Shown here piece after piece: positions 59,665 through 64,000 of a stretch of DNA of 64,000 nucleotides. Source of the stretch: an uncultured Bacteroidaceae bacterium (GTDB lineage Bacteria; Bacteroidota; Bacteroidia; Bacteroidales; GCA-2748055); assembly GCA_964426915.1 (NCBI GenBank), contig CAYRTD010000001.1, forward strand, positions 713-64,712, written 5' to 3'. Position numbers and translations under genes: made by a program. Numbering within the stretch: position 1 is the stretch's first letter; each line of letters opens with the position of its first letter. Below the pieces are notes generated by a model. It was not told the DNA's origin, did no database searches, and saw only the letters and a program-made list of their open reading frames with translations.

Positions 59665-60330
59665 TTAGATAATTGTAATATTATTTATTACATCTGTTAC
59701 CCCGGAGGTATACATAGCAATAGCGAATGCCCGTGATTTTGTTAAATAGTCCGGAGCTGTCCCCGACAGGGTTACAATTCCGTTATTTACATCTACATTG
59801 ATGCTGTCTTCATCAATCAGCAGACTTCTTCTGTAAGCCGCTTTTATATCATTTTCAATGTCTATATCCACCACAGACTTGGCTAAACTTACTGTCAGAT
59901 CGTTCACAATTCCAATCACACCATTGGTAGAAAGAGTAATATCTTCAGCAAGATTTCTTTCCCAGTAAGTATCAACTACTCCCGATAGGGTGACGACACC
60001 GTCAACGGTTTGTACATCAATATTTACGGAATTTACTCGGCTATCCCAAAGCAATTTACGTTCAACGCTGTCGGTGATCTCGGCATCAGTAGGCAGACTT
60101 ACTTCAGGAGGAAAGGATATCTCAAGCCTGTTGTCCACATTTATTATTCCAGGCACGCTTAAGGCATTTCTTTCTGAAGCCATTTTTGCCGCATAAGTGG
60201 GCACAGAGCCATTAAGAATTGCGGTGTCATCTTGTACCTTTACATCCACATCATTTGCATTAACACTGTCATCCCATGCCAGGTTGTCGATGATGTCCTG
60301 TTTTTTCATTTCTTCATTTCTTGGTGTCAT
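59665..60330 (-). CDS. BON-domain protein (three BON repeats, OsmY-like)
   Basis: It has three repeats of the pattern 'VDVKVQDDTAILNGSVPTY', 'IDVQTVDGVVTLSGVVDTY', 'INVDVNNGIVTLSGTAPDY'. Confidence 0.85.
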   Translation of the reverse strand: MTPRNEEMKKQDIIDNLAWDDSVNANDVDVKVQDDTAILNGSVPTYAAKMASERNALSVPGIINVDNRLEISFPPEVSLPTDAEITDSVERKLLWDSRVNSVNIDVQTVDGVVTLSGVVDTYWERNLAEDITLSTNGVIGIVNDLTVSLAKSVVDIDIENDIKAAYRRSLLIDEDSINVDVNNGIVTLSGTAPDYLTKSRAFAIAMYTSGVTDVINNITII

Positions 60331-60373
60331 AACTAAAATATTTTTTATGATTTATAAATAAAAAATTATAAAG

Positions 60374-61077
60374 TGGTGTTTGTCCGTAATCTCTGATTTA
60401 CTCATTCAGTGATAAACCAAAGTAATATAAGTATCGGGACAGGCTGTGAGCTCGCCAGCCAAGTTCTGAATAAGACACACTACTTTATGGTCAGACACTA
60501 AACCAACTATATGCCAAAATACCATTTCCAAAAAAAAAAAACAATCCTCTGTGTTTGAGCGGTATAAGCGATTCTCAGATTGATATAAAAACTCTCGTTT
60601 GTATCTGAGCGTATTATCTGTGAATTTCTTACGCAATGATTCTTATGAATTCCACAAAAAACTCTATACACAATGAGATCAGCGAAGCTAATGTTCGAGA
60701 TCAAGCCTGTCCGCCTAAGGATGGCCAGTGTGACGGCAGGCGGGCCTGCCCCGTGCTAAAACGGGGGACGCGGTCACGCCTGTCCACGGTAATCCGAATA
60801 CCCGCTTAAATATATTACAGAATGAGTAACCGAGTGTTAACGAGCTTCCCGGTACTCCGGGAAATACCTCTTAAGACTAAGAGATCCCTTTGCTATCGGG
60901 AACGGACGAAATCCAGGAGAATTTGATAGCATGTATGAAGGCTACACCCTGTTTGACCGGAACCGACTTATATATAAAGAGTAGCCACCTGGGGGAGGGT
61001 TTGGGTGGGGCAAGAAGGAAGAATGCTTTCAGATTGTAAGTTCTTTTAAAATGATTATTACTTTTTAGACAGACTCA
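60374..61077. repeat. Composite non-coding element (repeat copy D): terminal-repeat-like left end, GC-rich hairpin-dense core, 80-nt right-end module
   Basis: 60375-60409 is 28/35 identical to 56019-56053. 60689-60707 'taatgttcgagatcaagcc' matches 27199-27217 at 18/19 positions. 60991-61070 is the inverted partner of 59481-59560. The element ends in 'gacagactc', the reverse complement of the 'gagtctgtc' terminus. It has no convincing ORF. Confidence 0.7.
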
Positions 61078-61090
61078 TAAAGTCGAGAGG

Positions 61091-61987
61091 TTATTCACTT
61101 TTCAATCCGGCACTCTCAATTACAAATCTATGAACATAGGTGTCAAGAATAGTATTTCCGGAAGTAAGAACATCTGTAACACATTCATATATTACCGGGA
61201 TACCGTTTTTCTTTATACCGACATTGTCAAGCTTCGTTAATTGTGTGACTGAAAGGCTGTCATTCAGTTTCAGACCACTGGAATTTACTGCAACAAGCTT
61301 TCCCTCATCCGGATGATAGATATGGGAGATGACTTTTATCGATACAGGTTCCGGCCTGTCATTTATTAACTCAACGGAGATTTCTAATTTGGTTTTCTGG
61401 TCATCTGTTCTTGAAGCTTTAACATGTATTCCTCCTGGTTTAAGATGCACAGGATTAGCGATAATAAGTTCAGCTTCTCTGAATAAAAAACTATCATAAT
61501 CGTGAGGATATGATGGAATAATTGAGCTGTCTGCCCGGATTGAAATGATGTTTTCCTCTTCGAATGAAACCTCATCAGTGATTTTATACAACCAGCTGTT
61601 TCCTTCTTTTCTGAAAGCCTCCACTTTTTCACCATTCAGCCAAAGTCCGGGGTCGGGAAAAATTTCATTGAAATAGAGATAAATGGTTTTGCCTTTATTG
61701 TCTTCATCCAGTATGAATGATTTCCGGTACCAGCCCGATTCCTGATCAAGAATTTTCCTCATTTCAGCGACAGCCTCATTGTTAACAGGCATGTGGCTTT
61801 CCCCATCCCGAATAAGGTCGACAATCTGTCCGGACTCATTTTCGAATTCAGGTTCAGTTGTTGCCGGAATTTCCCGGGGATAAAATTCCCAGTCATCGCT
61901 TAAGTCAAGGCTTTTCTGGTAATCATTTCTTTTCCCGCAAGATGAAGTTGCGAAGAGGAAAACAAGAAGGCTTAATAAAAATCTCAT
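61091..61987 (-). pseudogene. GH2-like N-terminal fragment (sugar-binding jelly-roll + Ig-like domain) lacking the catalytic TIM barrel
   Basis: It has a lipoprotein signal, then 'DDWEFYP...GWYRKSFILDEDNKGKTIYLYFNEIFPDPGLWLNGEKV' (GH2 N-terminal pattern), then an Ig-like segment. The ORF stops at 298 aa, where a GH2 catalytic domain would begin, 14 nt from repeat D. Confidence 0.5.
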
Positions 61988-62391
61988 ACTTTTTGTATAT
62001 TCTTTAGTTGTACAATATTACTTCTACTTTAACATATTAAAAATCTTTTTAGAGTCTTAATCTGTCATATTAATATTACCCTAAAATTTTAATATCGCTA
62101 TCGGGAAAGACTCTCTTTAAAGTTGTATTTTCCTAACTATCCTTACAGTCTGTGAACTCGTTCCAACCGGTTCTTACCTGATATAACCAGAAACGAATCC
62201 GATAAGTTTAATAATTCCCGGTAAATCAGGAAAAAGCAAAAGCCTTAAGTAAAAATAATAAAAAAAAATAATTGATTTGGATGTTTAAAACATAAATTTG
62301 CTTTATTACACAGATATCTGACGTGGGAAACCCGGATTAGCTCTACATGATCAAAATTGATTAATTATTGTTATTACATTAAAATCTTTCA

Positions 62392-63825
62392 ATGAATATT
62401 TTACTAACCGGTGCATCCGGATATGTTGGAAAACGATTATTGCCTGTTCTGATTGAGCAGGGACATGATGTCATTTGCCTTGTTCGCGATAAAAAAAGAT
62501 TCGAAGCAGGTTATCGGGGTGAAACCCTCCCGGGCCTTATTGAGCATGATCTACTTGAAGACCCTGAAAATATTGATCTTCCGGAGAAAATTGATGTTGC
62601 TTATTATCTTATTCATTCCATGACCTCTTCCATTAATGATTTCGAACGTCTGGAAGAAAAAACAGCTAAAAATTTTCTTAAACTTGCAATCAGAATAAAA
62701 CCGCAGCAGGTAATATATCTTAGTGGGATTGTTAATGAGGAAAAGTTATCCAAACACCTTTCCAGTCGAAAAAATGTTGAGGATATTTTACGCCAGGGGG
62801 ATTTTTACCTTAGCGTTTTGAGAGCAGGTATCATTGTTGGTTCCGGAAGCGCATCCTTTGAAATAATAAGGGACCTTGTAGAAAAATTACCCCTGATGAT
62901 TACTCCCGCCTGGTTAAAAACGAGATCAAAACCAATAGCCATCCGGGATGTTATTAATTTTCTGACCGGTGTAGCCGGCCAGGATTTCTCGTATGACAAG
63001 GTGTTTGATATCGGTGGCGCTGATGTTCTTAGCTATAAACAGATGCTAAAAATATATGCCGAAGTCAGGGGACTTAAGAGGATGATAATAAGCCTGCCGG
63101 TAATGACCCCCCGCTTATCGTCCTACTGGTTGTACTTTGTTACATCGGTTTCGTATCCACTGGCTGTAAATCTGGTAGACAGTATGAAAACAGATGTAAT
63201 TCCTTCCGAAAACGATCTGGCAGAAAGGCTTGATATTGAGCCGATAAGCTACAAGGAGGCAATAGAGAATGCCTTTTTGAGGATTGAACAGAATATGATT
63301 ATATCCAGTTGGAAAGATAGTCTTATCAGCAGCATGCAGGATAAAAATCTGGGCGCTCATATTGAAGTTCCCACCCATGGATGTATTTTTGATAGAAAAA
63401 AAATTCGTATTGAAGATCCTGAAAAGACCCTTGAGAATATTTGGTCAATAGGAGGAAACAAAGGCTGGTACTATGCAAATTCCTTATGGAAATTCAGAGG
63501 CTTTTTAGATAAGCTCTTTGGTGGAGTGGGACTCCGGAGAGGAAGAACCCATCCTGATGAGATTCATCATGGAGATGCACTTGATTTCTGGAGGGTTATC
63601 TATGCCAGTAAGGAAACTAAAAGACTTTTACTGTATGCAGAAATGAAGCTCCCGGGTGAAGCATGGCTGGAATTTAAAATTGATGAGGATAACTATCTGC
63701 ATCAAACTGCAACTTTTCGTCCGAAGGGTCTTGCAGGAAGACTCTACTGGATATTTTCCTTTCCGTTTCACCTTTTTGTTTTCCGGGGCATGGCAAAGAA
63801 TATTTCAATGACGTCAGGGGAATAG
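62392..63825 (+). CDS. NAD(P)H-binding SDR-like domain fused to a DUF2867-like C-terminal domain
   Basis: It has 'MNILLTGASGYVGKRLLPVL' (Rossmann) and a C-terminal 'GDALDFWRV...EMKLPGEAWLEFKI', typical of the DUF2867 architecture. Length is 477 aa. Confidence 0.8.
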   Translation: MNILLTGASGYVGKRLLPVLIEQGHDVICLVRDKKRFEAGYRGETLPGLIEHDLLEDPENIDLPEKIDVAYYLIHSMTSSINDFERLEEKTAKNFLKLAIRIKPQQVIYLSGIVNEEKLSKHLSSRKNVEDILRQGDFYLSVLRAGIIVGSGSASFEIIRDLVEKLPLMITPAWLKTRSKPIAIRDVINFLTGVAGQDFSYDKVFDIGGADVLSYKQMLKIYAEVRGLKRMIISLPVMTPRLSSYWLYFVTSVSYPLAVNLVDSMKTDVIPSENDLAERLDIEPISYKEAIENAFLRIEQNMIISSWKDSLISSMQDKNLGAHIEVPTHGCIFDRKKIRIEDPEKTLENIWSIGGNKGWYYANSLWKFRGFLDKLFGGVGLRRGRTHPDEIHHGDALDFWRVIYASKETKRLLLYAEMKLPGEAWLEFKIDEDNYLHQTATFRPKGLAGRLYWIFSFPFHLFVFRGMAKNISMTSGE

Positions 63826-64000
63826 TTTATAGGTGCGGAAGCAAGGTATATTTTTTTATAAGGTGTTTTTTGGTGAGTTCGGCAGGAATATTCTTCTCTT
63901 TTTATATTTTAGCAGGCTATAGATAAGATTTGATGAGTACAGGCCTTTTGATAATAGCCCTTTTATTGATCGTTCCTCTGATATATTCCCTTCTAAGGCA

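Noticed and set aside
60406-60704. ORFs 60406..60636 and 60507..60704 (minus strand) inside repeat D.
   Set aside because: They overlap one another in different frames, span an A12 tract and repeat-derived sequence, and have no recognisable domain or plausible start context.
60786-60995. 'ggtaatccgaatacccgc' and 'gccacct' are reminiscent of the cobalamin riboswitch core (GGTGAAAATCC...CCCGC) and B12 box (GCCACTG).
   Set aside because: The AGGGAA element is missing and the spacing (about 190 nt) is far too long. The B12-box match is imperfect, and no gene lies downstream on that strand.
62046-62120. A possible mini-element with 8-bp inverted ends 'agagtctt' and 'aagactct', plus 'gctatcgggaa' shared with 60892-60902.
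   Set aside because: The matches are only 8-11 nt and are statistically unremarkable on their own. I note them only as possible degenerate relatives of the repeat family.
1-64000. I searched for CRISPR arrays, tRNA/rRNA genes, transposases, integrases, phage genes and known defence-system hallmarks (reverse transcriptase, Cas, restriction-modification, toxin-antitoxin pairs, STAND/AAA+ NTPases with nuclease partners).
   Set aside because: None was found. The repeats present are irregularly spaced mosaic palindromes, not direct repeats with uniform spacers. Every large ORF has an ordinary metabolic, envelope or signalling assignment.
63933-64000. An ATG-initiated open frame (MSTGLLIIALLLIVPLIYSLLR...) runs off the right edge.
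   Set aside because: Only 22 codons are visible. It is hydrophobic and could be the start of a membrane protein, but this is too little to call.

Overview
This is an AT-rich chromosomal segment that looks Bacteroidota-like: it has a SusC/SusD pair, a FecR-type anti-sigma factor, LytS/LytTR regulators and a single-chain PurL. I can support about 45 protein-coding genes, mostly metabolic, envelope or signalling functions. They include glpK/glpD, purL, a fused trehalose-6-P synthase/phosphatase, a fused beta-phosphoglucomutase/GH65 phosphorylase, dcp, pepT, a DEAD-box helicase, a DegP-type protease, a sulfatase, a desaturase and several sensor kinases. I found no rRNA, tRNA, CRISPR array, transposase, integrase, phage gene or recognisable defence system. 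Three things stand out. (1) A tightly overlapping operon runs lipoprotein, predicted outer-membrane barrel, VTC-domain (Vtc4-like polyphosphate polymerase fold) and DUF4956 membrane protein, directly upstream of a large PhoD-like phosphatase lipoprotein. It is my best candidate for an uncharacterised system, possibly non-PPK polyphosphate handling across the envelope. (2) A mosaic family of non-coding, hairpin-forming, MITE-like repeats occupies many intergenic gaps. One pair of 80-nt inverted copies (77/80 identical) brackets a 1.4-kb segment that holds a BON-domain gene, a GC-rich hairpin-dense non-coding island and textbook G-quadruplex motifs. A truncated GH2-like gene abuts this segment. 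(3) There are smaller oddities: translationally coupled LytS-type kinases in which the second copy has lost its catalytic residues, an orphan FecR without sigma factor or TonB partner, a divergent trehalose synthesis/phosphorolysis pair, and a 1.1-kb non-coding region with orphan tandem hairpins. All product calls rest on motif recognition by eye in the supplied translations. No database search was run.
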